From NCBI GenBank assembly GCA_965205265.1, contig CBDBGH010000003.1, positions 1,376,001-1,440,000 on the forward strand: a stretch of 64,000 bases of DNA. Direction: 5' to 3'. Both the position numbers and the translations under genes were made by a program. The notes below the pieces were generated by a model. That model searched no databases, had not been told where the DNA came from, and saw nothing but the letters and a program-made list of their open reading frames with translations. Shown in pieces: positions 21,855 to 31,045 of the stretch (the first letter of the stretch is position 1; each line of letters begins with the position of its first letter). Source of the DNA: Alphaproteobacteria bacterium. Its GTDB lineage: Bacteria > Pseudomonadota > Alphaproteobacteria > Bin95.

Positions 21855-23185
21855 TGGAGCGCACCTTCACCAATTTCCTCTCTGCATTGCGGGGAGCCGA
21901 AATCAGGGTTTCGGTCGCCGAGACGCTCGATGCGATGGAGACGGCGCGGCTGATGGGCTGGTCGGACCGGCAGAGCCTGCACGACGCCCTTGCCATGGCG
22001 CTTGCCAAGACGCCCGAGGAAAAGACCGGGTTCACCCGCATCTTCGACGAATTCTTCGCGTTCGAGAGCTTCCACGACCGCCGGGACGAGGAGCCTCCCG
22101 AGGAGGGTGGGCAAGCCGACAGCGACGACCTGCTGGCCATGCTGGAAGCCGGCGACCGTGCGGCGCTAGCGCTCGCCATGCAGGAGGCGGCGGTGGAAGT
22201 CGGGGTGGAGAACATCCGCTTCTTTACCCAGCGCGGCCTCTATACCCAGCGCGTGCTCCAGCAAATGGGCGTCGAGGGCGTGGATGCGCAGATCCAGGCG
22301 ATGGGCGGGCAGGGCGGCGGCGGCAGCGCCGGGCAGGCCCTGCAGGAAAGCCGGGCCTGGCTGTTCGAGCAGGTGCGGAACTATGTGGAACAGCAGCTTT
22401 CGCTCCAGGGCGCTGCGACCTCGCAGGAGCTTCGCGAAGACCGGCTGCGCCGCTCCCGCCTCGGCAATCTGGACCGCCGCGACCGGGAGCAGATGCGCCG
22501 CATCGTGGAGAAGATCTGCCGCCGGCTGGTGGCGCTGCATTCCCGCCGGCGCAAGATGAAGAACCGCGGCCAGCTCGACATCCGCCGCACCATGCGCCGC
22601 AATTACGGCAATGACGGCGTGCTGTTCGAGCTGGAGTGGAAGAAGCGCAAGCTCGACCGGCCCCGCGTCATGGCGATCTGCGATGTCAGCGGCTCCGTGG
22701 CGAGCGTCGCGCGGTTCCTGCTGCAGTTCCTCTATGAGCTGCACGAACTCCTGCACGACATTCGCAGCTTCGCCTTTTCCGGATACCTCATCGAGGTCTC
22801 GGAGCACTTCAAGGACAACATTGCGGACGCGGCCGCCGACAAGGTGATGCAGAAGGTCGGATATATGCCGACGGATTACGGCGAGTCGCTTACCAATTTC
22901 CGCGAGAGCTTCCTGGCCGATGTGGACCGCAACACGACGATCATCATTCTGGGCGACGCGCGGTCGAACAACACCGACCCGAAGGCGGAATACCTGAAGG
23001 AGATGCACGAACGCTGCAAGCGGCTCATCTGGCTCAACCCCGAACCGCCGCCGCTCTGGGGCACGGGAGACAGCGAGATGCGCCGCTACCGGCCCTATTG
23101 CGATCTCCTTCGTGAATGCAACACCCTCAATCATTTGGAGCGTGTTGTTAATGATTTGCTTGAGACAGCGCAAAGGGCCGCCTGA
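21854..23185 (+). CDS. VWA-domain CoxE-like protein
   Basis: DVSGS MIDAS, TDYG, IILGDARSN, WLNPE; coupled to the AAA gene. Confidence 0.9.
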   Translation: MERTFTNFLSALRGAEIRVSVAETLDAMETARLMGWSDRQSLHDALAMALAKTPEEKTGFTRIFDEFFAFESFHDRRDEEPPEEGGQADSDDLLAMLEAGDRAALALAMQEAAVEVGVENIRFFTQRGLYTQRVLQQMGVEGVDAQIQAMGGQGGGGSAGQALQESRAWLFEQVRNYVEQQLSLQGAATSQELREDRLRRSRLGNLDRRDREQMRRIVEKICRRLVALHSRRRKMKNRGQLDIRRTMRRNYGNDGVLFELEWKKRKLDRPRVMAICDVSGSVASVARFLLQFLYELHELLHDIRSFAFSGYLIEVSEHFKDNIADAAADKVMQKVGYMPTDYGESLTNFRESFLADVDRNTTIIILGDARSNNTDPKAEYLKEMHERCKRLIWLNPEPPPLWGTGDSEMRRYRPYCDLLRECNTLNHLERVVNDLLETAQRAA

Positions 23186-23197
23186 GGCTGGAACGGG

Positions 23198-23770
23198 TTA
23201 GCCGCTCTCCGCAGGTTCCTCGACCCAATGACGCCGGAAGACCGGTATCTGGGTCAGGGAAAACGCGAATGTGAGGCCGATCGTGCCGAACAGCTTGTAG
23301 TTGACCCAGAAGTCCGTGGACTGGGTGCGCCAGACGATTTCGTTCAGCGCCGCCATGGCGACGAAGAACAGCCCGAAACGCAAGGTCAGCTTGCGCCATC
23401 CGTCGTCGTCGATCTTCCAGACCGCGCCGAACAGCGGCTTCAGCAGCGGCTTCCCGAAGGCAAGCCCGCCAAGCAATATGGCAGCGATGAACGCCTTCAC
23501 GATGGTCGGCTTCATCTTGATGAAGGTCTCGTCCGCAAGCAGCAGCGTGAGCCCGCCGAACACCGCGACCAGCCCCGCCGTCACCAGCGGCAGGGGCGCC
23601 AGGCGCCGCTCGAAATACCAGGAGACGGCCAGCATGACGGCGGTGGCCGCCATGATCGCCGCCGTCGCCCACATGATGCCGGCGGCGTAATAGGTGACGA
23701 AGAAGACCAGAAGCGGCCCGTAATCGACCGCGAAGCGAAGGCCCTTCGGCGCGGAGTTCGGTTCAGACAT
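23198..23770 (-). CDS. yciB: Inner membrane-spanning protein YciB/IspZ
   Basis: DYGPLLVFF, VFGGLTL, FIKMKPTI, NEIVWR, WVNYKLFG. Confidence 0.92.
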   Translation of the reverse strand: MSEPNSAPKGLRFAVDYGPLLVFFVTYYAAGIMWATAAIMAATAVMLAVSWYFERRLAPLPLVTAGLVAVFGGLTLLLADETFIKMKPTIVKAFIAAILLGGLAFGKPLLKPLFGAVWKIDDDGWRKLTLRFGLFFVAMAALNEIVWRTQSTDFWVNYKLFGTIGLTFAFSLTQIPVFRRHWVEEPAESG

Positions 23771-24263
23771 TGTAGATATCCAGGGCGACATCCACCCCGT
23801 CGTTCAGGAAAATGACCGTCTTGGCGGCAATCCGCCACTCGCCGTCCTCAAGGCGGAGCCGGTAGCGGTAGCGCCCGCCATGCACGCGCGCGCCCTTGAG
23901 CGTGGCATATTGATGCACAGTCCAGGACGCGACGGCCTCGACCTCGCCTTCCCCGGCGGAGAGGATCAGCACATTGCCGACCACATGGCAGGAGCGCGGC
24001 ATCGGGAGCGAGGCGTAGCTGTCCCGCGTGCCGATGCGGAACACTCGGTCATCAAGGCCTTCCTTGCCCCGGATGTAGATCAGCGCGAGTTCGGTTTCGG
24101 GGTCTCGGGCAAGCGTTTCCTCGCCGGTCCAAGCGGGCACCCAGAAGGTCACATCTTCGGTGAACAGCGCCAGCCAGTCCTCGAAGCGTCGTTCGTCCAG
24201 AAGCCAGGCATCGAGATGGATAACGCGCTCGACGGCAAGCTGCAGGCCCGGATCGATCTTCAC
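23763..24263 (-). CDS. Aromatic ring-hydroxylating dioxygenase beta subunit
   Basis: GTG 24263: KIDPGLQLAVERVIHLDAWLLDERRFEDWL...FWVPAW...LDDRVFRI...LDIYNV (BenB/AntB-like). Confidence 0.9.
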   Translation of the reverse strand: MKIDPGLQLAVERVIHLDAWLLDERRFEDWLALFTEDVTFWVPAWTGEETLARDPETELALIYIRGKEGLDDRVFRIGTRDSYASLPMPRSCHVVGNVLILSAGEGEVEAVASWTVHQYATLKGARVHGGRYRYRLRLEDGEWRIAAKTVIFLNDGVDVALDIYNV

Positions 24264-25582
24264 GCGGCAACCCCATCGGCGCGCGCCATAAGGCGACGCC
24301 ATTGACGGTATTGCCCGTGATAGAGCGTTTCGTGGTCCCAGCGCGGGCTGGTGGAAACGGGCCGGATGCCGAGGTCGGTCGCAGCATCGTCGCCGCCTTC
24401 CTGCATGGCGGCAATGCCGCGCGAGAGGTCGTTCCAGCGGTCGAGGCGGCCTTCGCATCCCGCTTGCGTATCCTCCAGCGCAGCCGAGTCGTCCGGCGTG
24501 GCGAGCCCGCTCATCAGGAAGAAATCGCGGAACTTCGACAGCCTCGCCGTTCGCGCGGCGCGGCTCTCCCCCTTCGGCGCGATGCAATAGACCGTAACTT
24601 CCGTGCGGCTCGGTGAAATCGGCCGGATGACCCGGATCTGCGTCGACGACTGGTCCATCAGGAATACGTTCGGGAAGAGCAGCAGGTTGCGCCCCCGCGC
24701 GCACATCCAGGTCCATTTGCTCTCGCCGACAAGCGGCAGGATGCGGGCGCGCGCTTCCCAGAGCGGCGCCGACTCCGGCATGCCGCGCTCGGTCCAGATC
24801 AGGTTGTGGCCGTTGCCGAGGTCGTAGCAGCCGTTGCGGGTCTTGCCCATGAAACGGGTATTGTCGGTGCGCCCGGTCCCGGTTGCTTCGGACTTCAAGT
24901 CGCGGCGCTGGATGGTGGTGACGAAGTTCCGGTGGACGGTCGAGACATGGTAGCCGTCCACGCCGTTTTCGGTCTGGAGCTTCCAATTGCCGTCCACGAC
25001 ATAGCTCGCCTGGCCCGGAACGATTTCCATGCCGTCCGGCGACTGGTCGGCGACGAGATCGATGACGGGAAGAGCCTCGCCCAGATGCTCGGCGAGCGGC
25101 GGCGCATCGGGATTGAGCGAGCCGAAGACGAAGCCCTTGTAGCTTTCCACCAGCGGCACTGTCTTGAGGCCGAAATCGGCGCGCGATGCGCCGGGCGGCA
25201 ATGCCGAACTGCGCTCGTCCTTGATTTTCGTGCAGGCGCCGAAGGTGTCGTAGCACCAGCCGTGATAGCGGCACACGAACGTGGTCGCCTTGCCCTGCCG
25301 GGTGGGCGTCAGACGGGCGCCGCGATGGGCGCAGGCGTTCAGCATGGCGCCGATGGTGCCGTCGGCCCGCCGGTTGACGATCACCGGCTGCCGGCCCATC
25401 CGGACGGCGAGGTAGTCGCCGGACTCCGGGATCTGGCTCTCATGCGCGAGATAGATCCAGTTGCCCTCGAAGATCGTCTCGATCTCGGCGGCGAAAACCT
25501 CGGGGTCCGTATAGATGGCCCGGTCCACCCTGAAGACGCCCTCGCCGGCGCGGTCGTCCACGAGCGATGCAAAGGCGCTCAT
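24260..25582 (-). CDS. Rieske ring-hydroxylating dioxygenase alpha subunit (benzoate/anthranilate-like)
   Basis: Rieske ligands CAHRG...CRYHGW; NWKLQTENGVDGYHVSTVH iron site; GLATPDD. Confidence 0.93.
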   Translation of the reverse strand: MSAFASLVDDRAGEGVFRVDRAIYTDPEVFAAEIETIFEGNWIYLAHESQIPESGDYLAVRMGRQPVIVNRRADGTIGAMLNACAHRGARLTPTRQGKATTFVCRYHGWCYDTFGACTKIKDERSSALPPGASRADFGLKTVPLVESYKGFVFGSLNPDAPPLAEHLGEALPVIDLVADQSPDGMEIVPGQASYVVDGNWKLQTENGVDGYHVSTVHRNFVTTIQRRDLKSEATGTGRTDNTRFMGKTRNGCYDLGNGHNLIWTERGMPESAPLWEARARILPLVGESKWTWMCARGRNLLLFPNVFLMDQSSTQIRVIRPISPSRTEVTVYCIAPKGESRAARTARLSKFRDFFLMSGLATPDDSAALEDTQAGCEGRLDRWNDLSRGIAAMQEGGDDAATDLGIRPVSTSPRWDHETLYHGQYRQWRRLMARADGVAA

Positions 25583-25613
25583 CGCATTGCGCCTCCCCTG
25601 CGGAGGTTGTTGA

Positions 25614-27260
25614 CTAATCCCGGATCGCCTCGGTGACGGAGAGGGTGCTGCCGAAGGACGGGATGACGCAGGAGTGGCGTCCCGCCCCGCCGGCGACCAT
25701 GACCATGAGCTGGTCCCGCTCGCTCACGATGCGCACGCCGTCCCTGCCGTCCGGGCCGACGAAACGCTCCGGCACCTGTTGGCCGTAAAGCGCCATCTGC
25801 GCCTTGCCGATATGCCAGCGCGGGATGATCGCGCGCTCGATGATGAAGCGCTCGACATCCTCTTTCGACCAGCCCTCGCGCGCGATCACCTCGGCATGTT
25901 CCGGGCCGATCACCACGAGATATTCGCCGTGGAAATAGGAGTTGTTGCAGCCGGGCGTGGCCATGGTGCCGCAGATCGTCAGCAGAACGTCTTCGGCCGT
26001 TTCGCTGTAGTGGTCGTTGACATTGTGCGGGCCCTCGACGCCGCAGAGGGTGACCGCGTTCTCCTCCGCCCCGAAGCCCCGTTCGGCATGGAAGGGCGCC
26101 CAGGGATTGGCCTCGCCATTTTCCGCGAAGCAGTAGCTGTATTTGGCGGGTGTGCCCATCGTCGCGCGGTCGAGCACGCTGGGCTGCGCGCCGCCGATAT
26201 TGGTCAGCACGAGGCGGACCGCGCGCCCGATCGCGGCATTGGCGTGGACGCCCTGGCCCATGCAATTGGTGCCCGATGCGATGTCGAGCTCGTCCGTGAT
26301 CGGCCCGTGCACGACGGTCAAGAGGCCGCAGGGATGGGTCGTGGACTGGAGCGCCTTCAGGTTCAGCCGCTCGGCGGTCATGGCCCGGGTCGCGGCGAGG
26401 ATGACCGGCATCATGGCCGGCGTCGCCCCGGCCATCACGGCATTGGCGGCAACCTTGCCGACCGTCGCGAGGCCGAGGCGCGGCTCGACCGGGCCGATTT
26501 CCTCGCCCGGGTCGCGCCCATCCAGCATGGCTTCCCAGCGGTCGGGCGTCGGCGGAACGAAGGGCAGGCCGTCGGTCCAGCCGCGCTGGTAGAAGACGCG
26601 GTTCAGTGCCTCGGGCGAGTCGGGGCCGGAAATCCGCTCCGGCGCGCCGGGCGCGTTGAAGTCGCCCTCGAACAGCGAGCGGTAGCGCATCCGGCCCCGC
26701 TTCGGCAGGGGACGGTTGCGGCATTCCTCCGCGAGCGCCGCCGCATCCGCCTCCAGCATGTGGACGATCTGGTCTATCGCCTCGTCGGCGATCTCCGAAA
26801 CGCCGGGAGGCGGCAGTTTCGCCACCGGATGCGGTACGACTGCAATCGGCAGGCCGGCCATGCCGAGGCACTCGGCCTCCGCCTTGCCGAGAGCGAAGAA
26901 CTCGTCCGTACAGGTAACGGCGACCGGAATGCCGCGCTCTTCGAGCTTGATCGCGTCATGGATACACCACGACGTGCAGGAGCCTCAGTCGCCGAAGGCG
27001 GCGGCAACGGCGTGGACGCGGTCGAGCCACTGCTGCGAGAAATTGGCGGGCTCGCTCGCGATCTTCTGGAAGAGCTCGAACTCCAGATGCGGGTAACGCG
27101 CCTTCAGCCGGTGCGACAGCTCTTCCAGGTAAAGGTCTGCATTCGCCTTGAGATTCGAGAACAGGCCAACGACCTCTACGTCTTCCAGGGACCGCCGCGG
27201 CGCCAGCGCGCCGCTATTGCGCTGGTAGATGCCGCAAGGATTGATAAGCTCCTGTGCCAT
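25614..27260 (-). CDS. UGSC-family selenoprotein fused to a large conserved GWTDGLP/PPT domain (548 aa, Sec at codon 92)
   Basis: ATG 27260 MAQELINP...AAAFGD-TGA(26985-26987)-GSCTSWCIHDAIKLEERGIP...ECLG continues for 41 stop-free codons in frame into track ORF 25614..26861; SECIS-like hairpin follows the TGA. Confidence 0.88.
26954..26974 (-). promoter_or_regulatory. Putative bacterial SECIS element
   Basis: CGUCGUGG-UGUAU-CCAUGACG: 8-bp stem (one G-U) starting 10 nt after the UGA, loop 18 nt from the UGA, G at loop position 2. Confidence 0.72.
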
Positions 27261-27300
27261 GGGCGCGACCCTAGCGCCCGGATCGGGAGGAAAGCAAGAG

Positions 27301-28059
27301 ATGGGACGCCTGGAAGGCAAGACCGCGATCATCACCGGCGCCGGGTCCGGGATCGCCAGGGCAGCCACCGGAATCTTCATTCGCGAGGGCGCGAAGGTGA
27401 TGGTGGCGGAAATCGACGAGGCGGCGGGCGCCGCAGCGGCGGCGGAGACGGGCGCCGCGTTCCACCGCACCGATGTGACGGACGACGCCTCGGCGGCCGC
27501 CTGCGCGGCGGCGGCGATGGCCGAGTTCGGGCGCATCGACATCCTGTTCAACTGCGCCGGCGGGTCGGTGATCGAGGACACGAAAATCGACACGGTCGAT
27601 CTCGGCGTCTGGGACCGCACCATCCCGCTCGACCTCAAGGGGCCCATGCTGATGTGCCGCCACGTCGTGCCGCACATGGTTGCGGGCGGCGGCGGCGCCG
27701 TCGTCAATGTCTCTTCCGTGGTGGCGCTCCGGGGCAACCATCCCGCGCACATCTATTCGGCGGCGAAAGGCGGGCTGATTTCCTTCACGCGCTCGCTCGC
27801 CGGCTCCTATTCGGACCAGGACGTACGCGCCAATGTCATCTGCCCCGGCCTCATCCTGACCGAGCGCGTCCGCGCCCGTTACCGCCAGCCGAACGAGGAG
27901 CGCCCGCGCGAAGGCTCGATCGGCACCTTCGAGCAATATCCGTTCGGCGTCGGCCAGCCGGAGGACATCGCCAATGTCGCGCTTTTCCTCGCTTCGGACG
28001 AGGCGCGCATGGTGAACGGCGCGGTCATCCCGGCAGAGGGCGGGATTTCCCACTATTGA
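27301..28059 (+). CDS. SDR family oxidoreductase (tandem copy 1)
   Basis: TGAGSGIA, NCAG, YSAAK; SD-led ATG at 27301. Confidence 0.92.
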   Translation: MGRLEGKTAIITGAGSGIARAATGIFIREGAKVMVAEIDEAAGAAAAAETGAAFHRTDVTDDASAAACAAAAMAEFGRIDILFNCAGGSVIEDTKIDTVDLGVWDRTIPLDLKGPMLMCRHVVPHMVAGGGGAVVNVSSVVALRGNHPAHIYSAAKGGLISFTRSLAGSYSDQDVRANVICPGLILTERVRARYRQPNEERPREGSIGTFEQYPFGVGQPEDIANVALFLASDEARMVNGAVIPAEGGISHY

Positions 28060-28089
28060 CGGACGGCGGCAGCGAGAGGAGTGCAGGAT

Positions 28090-28845
28090 ATGGGACGCTT
28101 GGAAGGCAAGATCGCGGTGATTACCGGCGCGGGAACCGGAATCGCCAAAGCGGCCACCGGACTCTTCATTCGCGAGGGCGCGAATGTGATGGTGGCGGAA
28201 ATCGACGAGGCGGCCGGGTCCGCGACGGCGGCGGAGACCGGTGCTTCCTTCCACCGCACCGATGTCACCGACGACGCCTCGGCGGCGGCCTGCGCGGCAG
28301 CGGCGATGGCGGAGTTCGGGCGCATCGACATCCTGTTCAACTGCGCCGGCGGCTCGGTCCCGGAGGACGGCAAGATCGATGAAGTCGATCTCGCTGTCTG
28401 GGACCGCACGATCCCGCTCGATTTGAAGGGCCCGATGCTGATGTGCCGCCATGTCGTGCCGCAGATGATCGCGGGCGGCGGCGGCGCGGTCATCAACATT
28501 TCGTCCGTCGCGGCGCTGCGCGGCTTCGTTCCCAGCCACGTCTATTCGGCGGCGAAAGGCGGTCTGATTTCCTTCACCCGCTCGCTCGCCGGCTCCTATT
28601 CCGACCAGGGCGTGCGCGCCAATGTCATCTGTCCCGGCCTCATCCTGACCGGGCGGATACTGGCGCGCCTGCCGCCCGACCGGGAGCGCGTGAACGAAGG
28701 GCCGTTCGCCGTCTTCAACCGGTATCCCTTCAGCGTCGGGCAGCCGGAGGACATCGCCAATATCGGGCTCTTCCTGGCCTCGGACGAGTCCCGGATGGTC
28801 AACGGCGCGGTCATCCCGGCGGAAGGCGGCGTTTCCCACTACTGA
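28090..28845 (+). CDS. SDR family oxidoreductase (tandem copy 2)
   Basis: Near-duplicate of the previous gene, differing mainly in substrate loops. Confidence 0.92.
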   Translation: MGRLEGKIAVITGAGTGIAKAATGLFIREGANVMVAEIDEAAGSATAAETGASFHRTDVTDDASAAACAAAAMAEFGRIDILFNCAGGSVPEDGKIDEVDLAVWDRTIPLDLKGPMLMCRHVVPQMIAGGGGAVINISSVAALRGFVPSHVYSAAKGGLISFTRSLAGSYSDQGVRANVICPGLILTGRILARLPPDRERVNEGPFAVFNRYPFSVGQPEDIANIGLFLASDESRMVNGAVIPAEGGVSHY

Positions 28846-29354
28846 GCCGCCCGGCCGGCCGTCATCGGCATCAGCAGCCGGAACGGAATCAGCATGGCGA
28901 GCGCGAAGGCGACCTTCCAAAGGAAGTCCCCGATCCCGAGCGTCACCCAGGGCACATCCGTGCCGTAGAAGGCAATCGAGAAGAAGAGCGCCGTATCGAC
29001 GGCGGAGCCGAGCATCGAGGAGACCAGCGGCGCCTGCCACCAGGCCTGGCGCCGCATCCGGTCGAACACGAATACGTCCAGTAGCTGGGCGACCAGAAAG
29101 GCCAGGCCCGAGGCGACTGCGATGCGCGGCGTCGCGAGCACGATGGACAGCGCCACAGCCGCGGCGAACCCGACATAGACGACCCGCCGCGCCGTGGCCG
29201 CGCCGTGCATCCGGTTGGTGAGGTCTGTGACCAGGAAGCAGACAGGGTAGGTGAACGCGCCCCAAGTCAGCCAGTCATTGATCGGGTACTGGACGAGCAC
29301 ATTGGAGAGCGCGACCAGCCCGGCCATGGCGGCCAGCGGCAGGAGAAGGTGCAT
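28839..29354 (-). CDS. VUT family (YhhQ-like) queuosine precursor transporter
   Basis: SNVLVQY, TWGAFTYP, TDLTNR, RIAVAS, QLLDV, DTALFF. Confidence 0.85.
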   Translation of the reverse strand: MHLLLPLAAMAGLVALSNVLVQYPINDWLTWGAFTYPVCFLVTDLTNRMHGAATARRVVYVGFAAAVALSIVLATPRIAVASGLAFLVAQLLDVFVFDRMRRQAWWQAPLVSSMLGSAVDTALFFSIAFYGTDVPWVTLGIGDFLWKVAFALAMLIPFRLLMPMTAGRAAQ

Positions 29355-29367
29355 GGGCGAAGCGGCC

Positions 29368-30075
29368 TCAGTGCACGTCTTCGGGGCCGAGCATGGCGCG
29401 TTTCAGCTTCTCGAAGGTGAAGCCGGGGCCGCGGCAGACATCCAGCACGATTTTTTCCTTGGCCGCGACCTCGGCCGCCGCCTTCGGCACCTCGCGCGCC
29501 TGGTCGATGGGAATGACCGCTGCACCGTGCCGGTCCGCGTGAACGAGGTCGCCGCTGTTGACGATCATGCCGGCGACGCTCACCTGTCCGCCGAAATCCA
29601 CTGCATGCACATGGGCATGCGCCGGCTTGATCGAACCCGCGATGGCCTGGAAGCCGTCCGCCCAGTCGGGAATGTCGCGGATGCAGCCGTCGGTGACGAC
29701 GCCGAGACAGCCGAGCGCCTTGTGGATGTTGGAGTTCACCTCGCCCCAGAAGGCGCCGAAGCCGGCGCGCGGGCCATCCAGGTCCTGCAACACCACGATC
29801 TGCGGCGACGGGCCGCCATGGGCGACATAGTCGTAATAGGCCACGCGCAGCTTCGTCGCTTCGTCGCCGCCGACGGCGCTCGGGAATTGCGAGCGTATGG
29901 TGCCGGTGCGCGCATAGCCGACGATGGGCGGCAGGTCCGGGAACGGGCAGACCAGCGGCTCGACGGTGAAGCCGGTGTTCAGCCGGCTGCCGGCGACGAC
30001 CTCCAGCGCGTTGCAGATCGTGGGCGTGTCGAGCGCGCGCAGCGCGGCGAGGTCCTCTTCGGTCAGCTTGGACAA
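29368..30075 (-). CDS. RraA/HMG-aldolase family protein
   Basis: DTPTICNALE, GYART, WGEV, VTDGCIRD, GDLVHADRHG. Confidence 0.87.
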   Translation of the reverse strand: MSKLTEEDLAALRALDTPTICNALEVVAGSRLNTGFTVEPLVCPFPDLPPIVGYARTGTIRSQFPSAVGGDEATKLRVAYYDYVAHGGPSPQIVVLQDLDGPRAGFGAFWGEVNSNIHKALGCLGVVTDGCIRDIPDWADGFQAIAGSIKPAHAHVHAVDFGGQVSVAGMIVNSGDLVHADRHGAAVIPIDQAREVPKAAAEVAAKEKIVLDVCRGPGFTFEKLKRAMLGPEDVH

Positions 30076-30131
30076 GATTCTCTTCTCCTGACGGGATGAA
30101 CAAGGGGAGCGGCCGCGCCGTCCGGCGGAGT

Positions 30132-30157
30132 GTCATGAAATGTCATGTTTTGTCATG
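30132..30157 (-). repeat. CATGAC x3 array at exact 10-bp period
   Basis: GTCATG at 30132, 30142 and 30152; same motif as 17731/17741/17751. Confidence 0.85.
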
Positions 30158-30228
30158 AACCCCCATGCAGCGACCTTCGGCGAGCAGCTTACCATGCCGC
30201 TCACGGCATCGGGTGCGGACACGCCCGC

Positions 30229-30981
30229 TTATCGGCCGGTGAACATGGGCTTGCGCTTCTCGCGGAAGGCGCGCCCGCCTTCCTTCTGGTCTTCGCTGCG
30301 GCTGATCGAGAGCAGCTCGCGCCGGGCCAGCGCCTGAAGTTCGGAGGGTCCGCGCGCCACCACCGTATCGCGCACGAACCGCTTGACCGTTCGCAGCACG
30401 AGCGGCGCGCTGTCCCTGAGGATGGTCGCGTAGTCCCTCGCCGCGGCCATCAGCTCGCCTTTCGGCACGGCGCGGTTGACCATGCCGATCTCGGCGGCGC
30501 GTTCTCCGTCGAAATGCTTGCCGGTCATCATGAATTCCATCGCCAGCTTGTGCGGGATGCGCGCCGCCAGCCCGGCGATGAGCCCGCCGCAGAACCCGAT
30601 CTGCGCCTCGGGATAGAAGAAGTCGGCGGTCTCGTCGGCCACCGCGAGGTCGCAGAATTCGACCAGGCAGAAGGCTCCGCCGACGCAGTAGCCGTGGACG
30701 GCGGCGACGATCGGCTTGTCCACCATCACGCCCACGCCCGGCATGCACTCCCAGAGTTCCGGGTCGCGGGGCGGGTCGCGCAGGTCCGCGCCGACCGAAA
30801 AGGCCCGCTCGCCGGCGCCGGTCAGGATCGCGACGCGGTCGTCGCCGTCCTGCAATCGTTCGAAGGCCTGGATGAGTTCGGCGACCAGCCCGTTCGAGAG
30901 CGCATTCATCTTGTCGGGCCGGTTGAGCGTAATCGTTGCGATGCCGTCTTCGGAGCGGTAGTCGATCAGCGGCGCATTCAC
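30229..30981 (-). CDS. Enoyl-CoA hydratase/isomerase family protein
   Basis: ITLNRPDKMNAL, AFSVGADL, KPIVAAVHGYCVGG, AFREKRKP. Confidence 0.9.
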   Translation of the reverse strand: MNAPLIDYRSEDGIATITLNRPDKMNALSNGLVAELIQAFERLQDGDDRVAILTGAGERAFSVGADLRDPPRDPELWECMPGVGVMVDKPIVAAVHGYCVGGAFCLVEFCDLAVADETADFFYPEAQIGFCGGLIAGLAARIPHKLAMEFMMTGKHFDGERAAEIGMVNRAVPKGELMAAARDYATILRDSAPLVLRTVKRFVRDTVVARGPSELQALARRELLSISRSEDQKEGGRAFREKRKPMFTGR

Positions 30982-31045
30982 GGATGCGTTCTCCCGTTTG
31001 CGAATCCGGTATAGGATAGCGCCTGGCCGCAGGGGAGGGCGACTC

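Noticed and set aside
26985-26987. UGA as a true stop or nonsense mutation giving two genes or a pseudogene
   Set aside because: It falls exactly in a UxxC motif with a SECIS-like hairpin and continuous protein-like coding on both sides; Sec is the simpler explanation.
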